Assembly (NCBI GenBank): GCA_965218285.1
Contig: OZ244616.1
Location: forward strand, 5,635,757-5,699,756
Direction: 5' to 3'
Source: Candidatus Poribacteria bacterium
GTDB lineage: Bacteria; Poribacteria; WGA-4E; WGA-3G
Length of the DNA stretch: 64,000 nt
In this document: piece by piece, positions 45,412 to 54,790 of the stretch
How the letters are laid out: each line of letters opens with the position of its first letter
How positions within the stretch are numbered: position 1 is the stretch's first letter
The notes under the pieces: model-generated
Database searches by the model: none
What the model saw: the letters and a program-made list of their open reading frames with translations, nothing else
What the model was told of the DNA's origin: nothing
Position numbers and translations under genes: made by a program

Positions 45412-46524
45412 GGTGCGGTTTCCGAACCGCACCATTAGCGTCAATTTAAGGAAAGAACTCGTTTGTAGTCGCGCAATTCATTGCGCCTCGGACATTTGAA
45501 GAAAAGAGGCGCTATGAATTGCGCGACTACGAACGCTGATATTCTCGTCCTTTGCGTTATTTGAGATGTTGGGACAAAAAGGTGCAGTTAGGAAACCGCA
45601 CAGTCTCTTATGGAATATGCGTCCGATAACCATTTTCGCGAACGCCTCGGTGCGGTTCCAAACCGCACCATAGGCGTCAATTTAAGGAAAGAACTCGTTT
45701 GTAGTCGCGCAATTCATTGCGCCTCGGACATTTGAAGAAAAGAGGCGCTATGAATTGCGCGACTACGAACGCTGATATTCTCGTCCTTTGCGTTATTTGA
45801 GGTGTTGGGACAAAAAGGTGCAGTTAGGAAACCGCACAGTCTCTTATGGAATATGCGTCCGATAACCATTTTCGCGAACGCCTCGGTGCGGTTCCAAACC
45901 GCACCATAGGCGTCAATTTAAGGAAAGAACTCGTTTGTAGTCGCGCAATTCATTGCGCCTCGGACATTTGAAGAAAAGAGGCGCTATGAATTGCGCGACT
46001 ACGAACGCTGATATTCTCGTCCTTTGCGTTATTTGAGGTGTTGATACAAAAAGGTGCGGTTAGGAAACCGCACCATAGGCGTCAATTTAAGGAAAGAACT
46101 CGTTTGTAGTCGCGCAATTCATTGCGCCTCGGACATTTGAAGAAAAGAGGCGCTATGAATTGCGCGACTACGAACACTGATATTCTCGTCCTTTGCGTTA
46201 TTTGAGGTGTTGATACAAAAAGGTGCGGTTAGGAAACCGCACCATAGGCGTCAATTTAAGGAAAGAACTCGTTTGTAGTCGCGCAATTCATTGCGCCTCG
46301 GACATTTGAAGAAAAGAGGCGCGTGAATTGCGCGACTACGAACGCTGATATTCTCGTCCTTTGCGTTATTTGAGGTGTTGATACAAAAAGGTGCGGTTAG
46401 GAAACCGCACCTACCGTAGTTGGAAACTGCTAAATTGACGCCTATGGTGCGGTTCCAAACCGCACCTACCGGACCTGGAGGATCACTAAATTGACGCATA
46501 AGGGACGGTTAGGAAACCGAACCT
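45412..46524. repeat. tandem array (about 4.5 units of about 245-310 bp) of the ggtgcggtt-TIR MITE family, type 2. Each unit holds a perfect palindrome (ggtgcggtt-loop-aaccgcacc) and a 29-bp-stem hairpin (gtttgtagtcgcgcaattcattgcgcctc ... gaggcgctatgaattgcgcgactacgaac).
   Basis: Read directly. Units more than 95% identical. Immediately downstream of acpS. Confidence 0.7.
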
Positions 46525-46599
46525 ACGAAGCGTCCAAGTAATTCTAAAATCTACTATAGGTCGAACTCACGTTGGGTAAGCATCTCCGTTACATTTTCA

Positions 46600-47163
46600 T
46601 GACGGCTCCCAAAGCTAAAGCATTGGGTTTCCTTTAGTTCCTTCTCCGTTCTGAACTTTGGAAGGTGGGCATCTTTTGCATATTGTGATATGCTTCTGGG
46701 CTTTTACCGAGTGTTCGTCTGGTTTTTCAGCTGATAGAAAACTCGCCCATCGACTTGATAAACCTCAGCAATGTTGAGGTGGCACCCGCCAGCGGTGCGA
46801 CTACAGGGTCCTTGCTAAGCCCCAATTGAGCAACCCTGATACTTTGGTTCTTTAGCGTTCCGTTTAGTTCGCGGTTGTGGAGGGTTCTCCTACACAATCT
46901 CTAAAATGCGAATGCAGAACTCATCACAAACGAATGAAGGATCATAACCTTCGACGTATAGTCCGAATGTGGTATTGTTGGATTTACCAACACCAACTCT
47001 GTCCAAACAATTGGATTGGATAGGACACCTACGGGAAGTAGGCGATTGCTTTCCTATCCAGTTGGTAGAAATATAATACCACATTTCTTGAAATAAATCA
47101 AGGTTTTTTTGATAAATTGAGACGTTAGCGGTGTTTCATCCCAAAGCTAAAGCATTGGGCTTT
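46600..47163 (-). mobile_element. minus-strand ORF-less TnpB-family derivative (RE-type hairpin 46608-46627, LE hairpin 47138-47157 with minus-strand promoter)
   Basis: Both hairpins are cccaaagctaaagcattggg, the complement of the 7995-8014 LE hairpin. On the minus strand the 47-kb copy is followed by atgaaacacc and TTGATT-17-TATTAT. The 46.6-kb copy is followed by gagcc, an RE-style flank. Confidence 0.4.
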
Positions 47164-47221
47164 CACACCGAACGTTTGGTAATCTCTCTGATTCTCACAT
47201 TGTCACATTGTCAAAAGCGGT

Positions 47222-48412
47222 GTGTCTACATATATCTTGGAGTACGCCAGAACAGTGAAAAGAAAGTTAGATTTTTTGCAGAATTGGATTATATCACCAC
47301 AGCGTTTACAAATCTTGTTGTTAATTTTGGTGTTCTACCTATTCCTCTGTTTTTCTATTTCTGTAGGAATTGCCTCAGAGGTTAATACAACAGCAGAATC
47401 AGATGGATTTCTCAAACAGTTGCTTGGTGCTGAACATCGTGGAATGGGTGGTAGTTTTGTCGGATCGTCCGGAGGTGCAAATGCTCTCGGTAACAATCCT
47501 GCCGGTATCAGTGCTGCCCGAGGAGACCGGTTTGTTATTCAAATGACCCGTTTCCCGCGTACTATTGTCCTACTTTCCAAACCGAATTTTAATGCGAACT
47601 ACGAAGATTATAGGCGATATGAACAACGTGCATCTGGTATTGAAACTCTGAATTGGGCATTTCCTATGGGCAAATTTGGCACAATGGGTGTCGCTTTATC
47701 TACGGCACATGAGGGACCCTTTCGTCGCGTCAACCATCAAGGCAAAGCTTTAAACAATTTTCCAGAAAATAACCTTGCAATTGGACTCGGTTACGGTATA
47801 AATTGTTTTGAGGGCACCGTTGTTGGATTTGATGCGAAGTGGCTACGTTCTAAGGTCACCGACACGTCGGGTGACGAACATTTCGGACGTGGTTACGCGT
47901 ACAATGTTGGACTCATTCAACGTTTTGGTGATGCAATTCAGGTAGGCATTGTCGTTCGTAATTTAAGTAATGGGTTATCGTTTGTTGATCCTGCTATTCC
48001 AGATAATATTCGCCGTGATGTAATTGCCGGTGTAGCTTATCAGCGTGAAATTTTTTCAAACATAAATGTTCGCCTCGGATTAGATGTTCATCCACCTTTC
48101 AGTGATGGTGTCCGAACCAATCTCGGAGTTGAGGTTTGGTATCGCGATCGCATGGGTGGTAGAATCGGATACCTCAGGGATACTGAAAAACGTTACGCCT
48201 CGGTTATCCTTTTGGAAGATAATACGTTTGAAATGGAGGAACGTACGTGGAAAACGGAAGGTCTCTGCTTAGGATTTGGAGTTCGGGTAGCAAACATAAC
48301 GTTAAATGCCGCTTATACTCCCCAGTTTAAGCCGACTGTCTCCGAGAATGAACGTATTCACATCGTCCAAGGCACTTCTGTTTACACCTTTTCAATTGGA
48401 CAGGATTTTTAA
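47222..48412 (+). CDS. PorV/LptO-like outer-membrane beta-barrel (T9SS-associated, FadL-like)
   Basis: Signal peptide then ..LLGAEHRGMGGSFVGSSGGANALGNNPAGI.. (PorV-type GMGGA....NPAG motif). C-terminal ..TFSIGQDF terminal-Phe barrel signature. Confidence 0.5.
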   Translation: MSTYILEYARTVKRKLDFLQNWIISPQRLQILLLILVFYLFLCFSISVGIASEVNTTAESDGFLKQLLGAEHRGMGGSFVGSSGGANALGNNPAGISAARGDRFVIQMTRFPRTIVLLSKPNFNANYEDYRRYEQRASGIETLNWAFPMGKFGTMGVALSTAHEGPFRRVNHQGKALNNFPENNLAIGLGYGINCFEGTVVGFDAKWLRSKVTDTSGDEHFGRGYAYNVGLIQRFGDAIQVGIVVRNLSNGLSFVDPAIPDNIRRDVIAGVAYQREIFSNINVRLGLDVHPPFSDGVRTNLGVEVWYRDRMGGRIGYLRDTEKRYASVILLEDNTFEMEERTWKTEGLCLGFGVRVANITLNAAYTPQFKPTVSENERIHIVQGTSVYTFSIGQDF

Positions 48413-48549
48413 TCGGTCAAGTAACAAACATTGAATATGATCCAAACCCAATTATCGCAATACGGATTCAGCATAGTGTGCTGGAAACTTTCCAAGCACA
48501 ACTTCAGAACATTGGAAATACAACAATAAGTTTACAGTAAGGTTATAAC

Positions 48550-48999
48550 TTGTCGGAGGGATGCATGTTGAGTACGGTAAGATATACAACCACACATGAA
48601 TGGATTGAAGTTGTTGATACAGAGGGAACTATCGGCATTACAGAACGTGCCCAACACCTGCACGGTGAAATTGTTTTTGTTAATATATCCCCTGAACAAG
48701 AATGTGAACAAGGTGAAATTATTGGGAGAATTGAAACCGAAACAGGAGGGAATTTTTACCTCTATGCACCAGTCGCAGGAGAAATATACGAAGTCAACAC
48801 GTCACTTGAAGAAGAGGTAGAACTTATCAACAGTTTGCCTGAAAGCGATGGATGGATTTGCAAAATCTACATTGACAATCTTAGCGAACTTGACTCACTT
48901 CTGACTCTTGAAGATTATGAAGACTATGAAGAAGATGAACTGGATGAAGGTGAGTACTTACCAGAAACCGATTTTTTTGAAAATATTGACGACTATTGA
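48550..48999 (+). CDS. glycine-cleavage H-protein-like protein lacking the lipoyl-lysine, with an acidic C-terminal tail
   Basis: VRYTTTHEWIEV.DTEGTIGITE.AQ..GEIVFV ... YAPVAGEI.EVN ... DGWICKI align to GcvH. The conserved E-S-V-K-A is I-E-T-E-T here. Confidence 0.6.
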   Translation: MSEGCMLSTVRYTTTHEWIEVVDTEGTIGITERAQHLHGEIVFVNISPEQECEQGEIIGRIETETGGNFYLYAPVAGEIYEVNTSLEEEVELINSLPESDGWICKIYIDNLSELDSLLTLEDYEDYEEDELDEGEYLPETDFFENIDDY

Positions 49000-49001
49000 T
49001 T

Positions 49002-49123
49002 CAGGGCTATTTAGTTTTAGACTTTTTGTCCATTTTAGACGAAAAGTCGCGATTCGGAGATCGCTCGGATAGGGGAAAGTCTTAGATTGAAAATCTAAAT
49101 ATTCGGAGAACTAAATAGCCCTG
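49002..49123. mobile_element. 122-bp MITE with TIRs cagggctatttagtt / aactaaatagccctg (copy 1)
   Basis: Inverted termini read directly. Starts immediately after the gcvH-like stop codon. Confidence 0.45.
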
Positions 49124-49180
49124 CTATTGATTAGCGTTGCTGGCAATAAAAATACGTCGCACAAGACTCAGCTATTGATT

Positions 49181-49302
49181 CAGGGCTATTTAGTTTTAGA
49201 CTTTTTGTCCATTTTAGACGAAAAGTCGCGATTCGGAGATCGCTCGGACAGGGGAAAGTCTTAGATTGAAAATCTAAATATTCGGAGAACTAAATAGCCC
49301 TG
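49181..49302. mobile_element. 122-bp MITE copy 2. Part of a 175-bp tandem duplication (49008-49182 and 49183-49357) that also duplicates the last 15 codons of the downstream methyltransferase gene.
   Basis: Direct comparison of the two blocks. Confidence 0.45.
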
Positions 49303-50235
49303 CTATTGATTAGCGTTGCTGGCAATAAAAATACGTCGCACAAGACTCAGTTTTGGGACAGGAATAATAGTTTCGACTTGATATCCCAAATCATTCAGTT
49401 GCTGAGTAAGATCTCGAATGTCAATAAAACCGGCTTTCGGTGCACAGGTTCGCAGATTTGCTAATATTTCTGCCGTTGCGGTTGAATCTTTAACAAGATT
49501 TATGCCGTAAGGCAGATCTGTGGCAATTGCGTTGAATGTTCCCTGTACCGTCCTCGCATCCTCTAATTGCACGTCAGCTGTGAGTCCATAGTGTGCAAGA
49601 TTCTTCGTTGTTGCACCGACCATGCGCGGGTTGATATCGTAACCGGTTACCCGTAGACCACTATGTGCAGCAGACATAACAATCGTGCCGGTACCACAAC
49701 ACGGGTCAAGAATATGTTCACCCGGAGAAGCCACAAGGTTGACGAGAGCAAGTGCTAACCTTGTAGGAAGTGAGCTGGAAGTCATATAAGGTCTATGAAT
49801 ATACTTAACCCATATTCCATCGGATTCAGATAGGAGATGACCGAACCAGATTTTATCGGGAGTGACAACGGTTAGATAGACAACTTGTGGAAATGACAAA
49901 TTCGCTTTGCCACTAATCATATTTCCTATCTGCCGTGCCAATGCCATAGAGTCAAGGTCTATATTACGCGGCTTTTTTACAACGGATACCCGAAATTCGT
50001 CCGCATGTAAATCTGCAGAACGGATGTTTGCACAGAGTTCTGCAACGTTTGTAGTTTCGAAAATGATCTCGGTGCAACTTTTAAGATAAGCACCTCGGCG
50101 CACATCAACACAGGTGTCGGAAATCGCGATACCATGTTCATCTGGTGCAGCACCCATCAATGCAACCGATTCTGCGGATGCCAGTTCGTCCAGTTGAAAC
50201 GGAATCGCTACAAGGTAAAGATACTTTTGAACCGT
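49303..50235 (-). CDS. THUMP-like/UPF0020-family class I SAM-dependent RNA (guanine-N2) methyltransferase. Listed ORF start at 50352 is probably an over-extension.
   Basis: Motif I DPCCGTGTIV, motif IV DLPYG (N6/N2-type), GYDIN.RMV. Confidence 0.55.
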   Translation of the reverse strand, partial: TVQKYLYLVAIPFQLDELASAESVALMGAAPDEHGIAISDTCVDVRRGAYLKSCTEIIFETTNVAELCANIRSADLHADEFRVSVVKKPRNIDLDSMALARQIGNMISGKANLSFPQVVYLTVVTPDKIWFGHLLSESDGIWVKYIHRPYMTSSSLPTRLALALVNLVASPGEHILDPCCGTGTIVMSAAHSGLRVTGYDINPRMVGATTKNLAHYGLTADVQLEDARTVQGTFNAIATDLPYGINLVKDSTATAEILANLRTCAPKAGFIDIRDLTQQLNDLGYQVETIIPVPKLSLVRRIFIASNANQ

Positions 50236-50236
50236 C

Positions 50237-51130
50237 ATGTGTTTTATGATACCACAAACAGATGGAAATAACAATGTTAGAAAGGAAAACATGATGCCAG
50301 AGACTGAGATAATTAGGATCGGACATAGTCCTGATTCTGATGATGCCTTCATGTTCTACGCCCTTGCTAAAGGGCTTATTGACACTGAACCTTACGAAAT
50401 TGTCCACGTTGTTGAGGACATCGAAACTCTAAATAAACGCGCATTGGCAGCAGAACTTGAAGTTACTGCGATTTCCGTTCACGCATACGCCTACGTTGCA
50501 AATGATTATGCACTTATGCCGTGCGGCGCAAGCATCGGGGATCAGTACGGACCGCTCGTCGTTTCTAAAGCACCGATGGAAGACCTTACCGGCAAACGTA
50601 TTGCAATACCGGGAGAGATGACCACCGCGTATTTAACAATGAAACTTTTTCAACCGGATGTTGAAGTAGAAACATACCGTTTTGATAAGATTATTGAGGC
50701 TGTTCAGGATGGTAAAGTTGACGCAGGACTCATCATCCATGAAGGACAATTAACCTACGCACGCGAAGGTCTCCACAAAATCGTGGATTTGGGAGAATGG
50801 TGGTATGAGGAAACTGGATTGCCACTTCCTCTCGGAGCAAATGTTATCCGCCGCGACCTTGGTCCCGAGAAAATTCGCGTTATAACATCCTTGTTAAAGC
50901 AGAGCATCCAATATTCACTTGAACATCGTGAACGTGGACTTGAATACGCAATGACCTACGCACGAGACATGGAAACCGAACTTGCAGACAAGTTCGTTGG
51001 GATGTATGTTAATGATTATACCTTGGATTATGGAGAAAGCGGCAGAATTGCTGTGCAAGAATTGCTCAACCGTGGACACGAATCGGGTGTGATTCCCCAC
51101 CGTGTGGATGCCGATTTTGTTGATCTCTGA
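50237..51130 (+). CDS. MqnA/MqnD-family menaquinone (futalosine pathway) biosynthesis protein. Start probably MMPETEI at 50291.
   Basis: IRIGHSPDSDDAFMFYAL matches the SPCPND.F.F.AL signature of PF02621. PBP-like fold and length. Confidence 0.55.
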   Translation: MCFMIPQTDGNNNVRKENMMPETEIIRIGHSPDSDDAFMFYALAKGLIDTEPYEIVHVVEDIETLNKRALAAELEVTAISVHAYAYVANDYALMPCGASIGDQYGPLVVSKAPMEDLTGKRIAIPGEMTTAYLTMKLFQPDVEVETYRFDKIIEAVQDGKVDAGLIIHEGQLTYAREGLHKIVDLGEWWYEETGLPLPLGANVIRRDLGPEKIRVITSLLKQSIQYSLEHRERGLEYAMTYARDMETELADKFVGMYVNDYTLDYGESGRIAVQELLNRGHESGVIPHRVDADFVDL

Positions 51131-51161
51131 TATGTTAATGTAGGATTGTAAAGTACCGGTA

Positions 51162-51499
51162 GGTGCGGTTTCCTAACCGCACCATAGGTGTCAATTTAAG
51201 GAAACGTCTATGTTTTTATGAACCCTTATCAATAGGCATGGTTATTGATATTGTCGGACATTTAGTCCCGTAGGGACGATATGTTTATAGTACACCGTCC
51301 AGACACGTCTCTTTAGCTCTGTCCGAGCGACATATCCGGATTGGTAACCCATTGCTATAAACATTCCGCCCCTACGGGGCTGAAGAGATTGGGGTTACCA
51401 CGTTTTCTATAAACATATCGTCCCTACGGGACTAAAGAGGGTTTCTCATATTTGAAAAACCACTAAATTGACGCCTATGGTGCGGTTTTCTAACCGCAC
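51162..51499. mobile_element. MITE of the ggtgcggtt-palindrome TIR family, type 1 (second copy)
   Basis: About 97% identical to 41537-41874, including the internal nested inverted repeats. Confidence 0.55.
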
Positions 51500-51549
51500 T
51501 GCGTAAAATAAAATAGGCTTGTTATAATTCTCATCCTAAAGGTCTTGCT

Positions 51550-51762
51550 ATGGACGCGAAACGTCGCAGAAGTTTTCAGTTAGAAGATGATAAAGGTAAT
51601 AAACTTGCAACTGGTATTATCTATGATGAGGGTAATGTTCAGGTGCTGTGGCGAGTAGATCGCGGGTACACGGCTGAACAATATGCATCTCTCAATCCAA
51701 TATTAGATTTGATGCCGGGAGTGGTTGTCCTTCGCCTTCAAGGTTCCGAGTGCACATCTTAA
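51550..51762 (+). CDS. small hypothetical protein (70 aa)
   Basis: ORF with plausible spacing. No motif. Confidence 0.25.
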   Translation: MDAKRRRSFQLEDDKGNKLATGIIYDEGNVQVLWRVDRGYTAEQYASLNPILDLMPGVVVLRLQGSECTS

Positions 51763-52682
51763 CGTAGTCTCCGGTCAGCGAACTTAATAACCTGTCCGCT
51801 TTCTTGTGCGATGTACATATAACCGAGTCCATCTAATGTCACACCTTCTTGATCATTCCCTGGCAATAGGTATCGATGAAGCAAAGTGCCATCTCGTTTG
51901 AGTTCAACCAATAGGTTTGTTGTATCGCTGATTAACACAAGATAATCCGCTTGGGCATCGTAGGCGAGTCCAGATATATCAATGAAATCCATTTCGAAAA
52001 AACGGACAATAATCCCTTCTGCTGCTTGTGCTTCAGAAGTGTTAAGCGGCACGACCACTTCACATACAACTGAAGGCTCCCCGTTAGGTTTGAGATTAAC
52101 GGACTGATTACCGATCCAGAAAGTACCACCCTCTGGATGTGAAGTATCCGGTACGAATGTGATCGCTTCTACCCCCATGCCTCCCTCTTTCAGGAGTGTT
52201 TTGCCTTCAAAAGAACGGTTGATTTTAAATTCTCTACGAATCGTGAGTATTTGCGGATCAATCTCCAAAATCATTTCATCGTCTTCAACAACTGTGTAAA
52301 GCCATCCTGTGCCCGGATCCATCGTAATTCCTTCAAGGTCACGCGCTTGCAGATCCTTCGTTTTGATCTTCGTGCCATCAGGTCGGATTTCATGAATAAA
52401 ACCCCCATCATCTACCACAAACAGAGTTTTCCGCAACGGATGATAGGTTACCCCCGATGGTTCAGCAATTGGTACTTTGCTAATATTGCCTACCCAAGTA
52501 TAGGGAAGTTCAATTGTGAAAGAGGCGGCTCTCTTTTTTCTCTCGGAATCCTCAATTCTCAAGAGAAAGTAGACCATGAACGCGCTAATACCCATAAAGC
52601 AGAATAGAATAAAAATTTTGTAATAACGCATCGGTATTACTCTGAGTCTTTGAGTAGAAGATTTGCTAAAGTATGGAGACAA
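51759..52682 (-). CDS. SdiA-regulated/phytase-like beta-propeller domain protein with an N-terminal TM anchor
   Basis: EPSGVTYHP...LFVVDD.G.I.EI..DG......DLEGIT.D....LYTV.E.. repeats typical of PF06977. Confidence 0.55.
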   Translation of the reverse strand: MSPYFSKSSTQRLRVIPMRYYKIFILFCFMGISAFMVYFLLRIEDSERKKRAASFTIELPYTWVGNISKVPIAEPSGVTYHPLRKTLFVVDDGGFIHEIRPDGTKIKTKDLQARDLEGITMDPGTGWLYTVVEDDEMILEIDPQILTIRREFKINRSFEGKTLLKEGGMGVEAITFVPDTSHPEGGTFWIGNQSVNLKPNGEPSVVCEVVVPLNTSEAQAAEGIIVRFFEMDFIDISGLAYDAQADYLVLISDTTNLLVELKRDGTLLHRYLLPGNDQEGVTLDGLGYMYIAQESGQVIKFADRRLR

Positions 52683-52689
52683 GGATTGT

Positions 52690-53088
52690 TGACATCTCCC
52701 ACACCTTGAGGAGTGGGATTCTTAGGTCTTATATCAGTCCTTAATGTTTCTGAATGCCTTGTTCTTGCTTCTGCATCCACTGCTCCGTAGTTGAGTCTAA
52801 CACGGACTCCACAGGCGTTTAGACTCTCCCAGTGTCCCCAGGCGAGTTATTAGTGAATGTGGTAGGGATGTTGTAGTAACAACATATATTAAGTGTTCTC
52901 TACCACATTCTAATGTTTTGAGTGATTTCGCACCAGCACCACATACCTTATCACGGATGGGGACAGGACTCAACACAGGTAAGTGTTGAGGTGATAACCC
53001 TGTCCAACGATGCTACATATAGTATATACTATTTCGGTGCAAATGTCAAGCGTTTTTTGACCCACAGTTAAAGCAGTGGGATTATTAG
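52690..53088 (-). mobile_element. probable minus-strand ORF-less TnpB-family derivative bounded by two cccac..gtggg att.ttag hairpins (52698-52717, 53061-53080), with a minus-strand TTGACA-17-TATACT promoter (plus-strand complements 53044-53049 and 53021-53026)
   Basis: Hairpin-plus-promoter arrangement identical to 3937-3956/3869-3897. Hairpin family shared with 62898. Confidence 0.35.
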
Positions 53089-53330
53089 TTAATTCCCTTC
53101 AGTCCACGGCAATTAGATTCACGAATGTCCTAAAAAATGTGATGTGCATCAATTTCTTGCTTCTTGTAAAACTATCATATTTTATCTGAAATGTCAAGGT
53201 AAAAAAATATTACTTGCTTTCTCTTTTTCCTTGACAAACCTTTAATTTAATGATATAATAAATTGTTAAACTTGATACAATAGATATAATGATACAATAG
53301 ATATAATGACCTTCAGCGAAGGGCAGAAAT

Positions 53331-54749
53331 ATGGCGAGCAGGCCAAGGTTAGTTGTTGAAGTCTTTGAGCACGTCAACTATCAAGGACGCAAGATAACCC
53401 TAATAGAATCCATTCCAAATACTATTGAGATTGGTGCCCAAGACGTTATCTCTTCAGTTAAGATATACAAGGGACCCAGTTTCAGTGCGTCACCAAACTA
53501 TAAAGCGATTTTTCATGAGCACGTAAGTTATCAAGGAAGACGACTGGTTTTAGCACCAGGATTCTATCCGAATATCCATGAGATACCTTACAACTTCGGT
53601 GATGCAATATCATCTATAGGTTTCAGTCCTGCTGCGCATCCGACGCCGCCGGAGTATGGAGCAGTTCCTATTATCATTGAGGTGTTCCAAGATAATGATT
53701 TCAGTGGTCAGCGAAGCGTTATCTTACGGGACATCAGTTCAATGTTCGAAATTGGCATGAATGATGTGATATCCTCTATCCGTATTCAACGCGGTCCGAA
53801 TTTTCCTTTTAGCGGATGCCATGTCATCTTATACGAACATGTGAATTTCGAAGGACAGCGGATTAATTTAGACCTTAACTCTCGACAATACCAACAAGCA
53901 ATTAGGAATCTTCGCGCCCTTCCCCACTCACAATCGTTTTCTGACATCATATCTTCCATAAAGATTGTACCGTTAGGTGTTTTTCGTGTGTTAATTGTTG
54001 TTAGCGACAACCTAACTGGCGAACCTGCCGTTTTGGAGTCTCTCACTATTCTTGAAGGTTTAGTATTTCAATATACAACAGTCAAAATAAACGACAACCC
54101 CGATAACAGAGGCGATGCAAAGAATGCTATAAAACTTTCCAGCATAAACCTCTCTAATTTCGACATCATCTGGTTTACTTGGAATGCTCCAGGACATGAT
54201 GGAGAGTATTTCGTTGAAGACGCTGATGATGCAATCAAAGACTTCGTCAGAAAAGGCGGCATTGTGTGGGCATCGGCTATGGATAACAACATTGTCCCGC
54301 CTGATGGTGTACATAACCCTGAACCTACATGGCGAGGTGATTGGCTACCTGTGGATCAGCATCCAATCACAATTACAAATTCCAACGATTCAGACGTAAC
54401 CATTACTGAGGATGGGCAAAGAACGGGAATGTTTACATGGCCCCATAAGATCAATGTTGACGGTTTAGTAACTGACGACCATTGGGTTACGAATGACTCA
54501 AGTTACCGCAAGTTGGCGGTCAGAGAAGATAATGGTGATGCTGTCAGTATTGTGTTGCCGTGGGGTGAGGGGTACTACGTCGGTTTCGCCATAGATACAC
54601 GGGATGCACATCGTACAGCTGTCGCTAGACCTTTAATTGAAAATATCCTCTGTTATTTAGCAAACCTCGCGTGGCAAACCTCTCCACGACAACCGCTTAA
54701 GGGACGTCTTCGGACAGATCAAAAAAACAGTGAAATAATCTTCCAATAG
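53331..54749 (+). CDS. protein with three N-terminal beta/gamma-crystallin-like Greek-key domains plus an about 250-aa C-terminal domain of unknown function. No signal peptide.
   Basis: VFEHVNYQGRKITL...DVISSVKIY; IFHEHVSYQGRRLVL...DAISSIGF; VFQDNDFSGQRSVIL...DVISSIRIQ; ILYEHVNFEGQRINL...DIISSIKI (Y/F..NF.G....L......SS.). Confidence 0.55.
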   Translation: MASRPRLVVEVFEHVNYQGRKITLIESIPNTIEIGAQDVISSVKIYKGPSFSASPNYKAIFHEHVSYQGRRLVLAPGFYPNIHEIPYNFGDAISSIGFSPAAHPTPPEYGAVPIIIEVFQDNDFSGQRSVILRDISSMFEIGMNDVISSIRIQRGPNFPFSGCHVILYEHVNFEGQRINLDLNSRQYQQAIRNLRALPHSQSFSDIISSIKIVPLGVFRVLIVVSDNLTGEPAVLESLTILEGLVFQYTTVKINDNPDNRGDAKNAIKLSSINLSNFDIIWFTWNAPGHDGEYFVEDADDAIKDFVRKGGIVWASAMDNNIVPPDGVHNPEPTWRGDWLPVDQHPITITNSNDSDVTITEDGQRTGMFTWPHKINVDGLVTDDHWVTNDSSYRKLAVREDNGDAVSIVLPWGEGYYVGFAIDTRDAHRTAVARPLIENILCYLANLAWQTSPRQPLKGRLRTDQKNSEIIFQ

Positions 54750-54790
54750 AAGCAATTTCTAAAAGTGATGTTTTACCATAGGAGAAATTA

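Noticed and set aside
45412-46524. Recurrent 29-nt arms with similar spacing could be called a CRISPR array
   Set aside because: The 29-nt elements occur as inverted pairs (hairpins) inside about 250-bp units that are themselves repeated. The 'spacers' are not unique. Classified as a tandem MITE array.
50138-50407. ORF 50138-50407 (-) and the N-terminal extension of 49303-50352
   Set aside because: Overlaps the start of the mqnA/D-like gene on the other strand. The methyltransferase homology starts at MTVQKY (about 50235).
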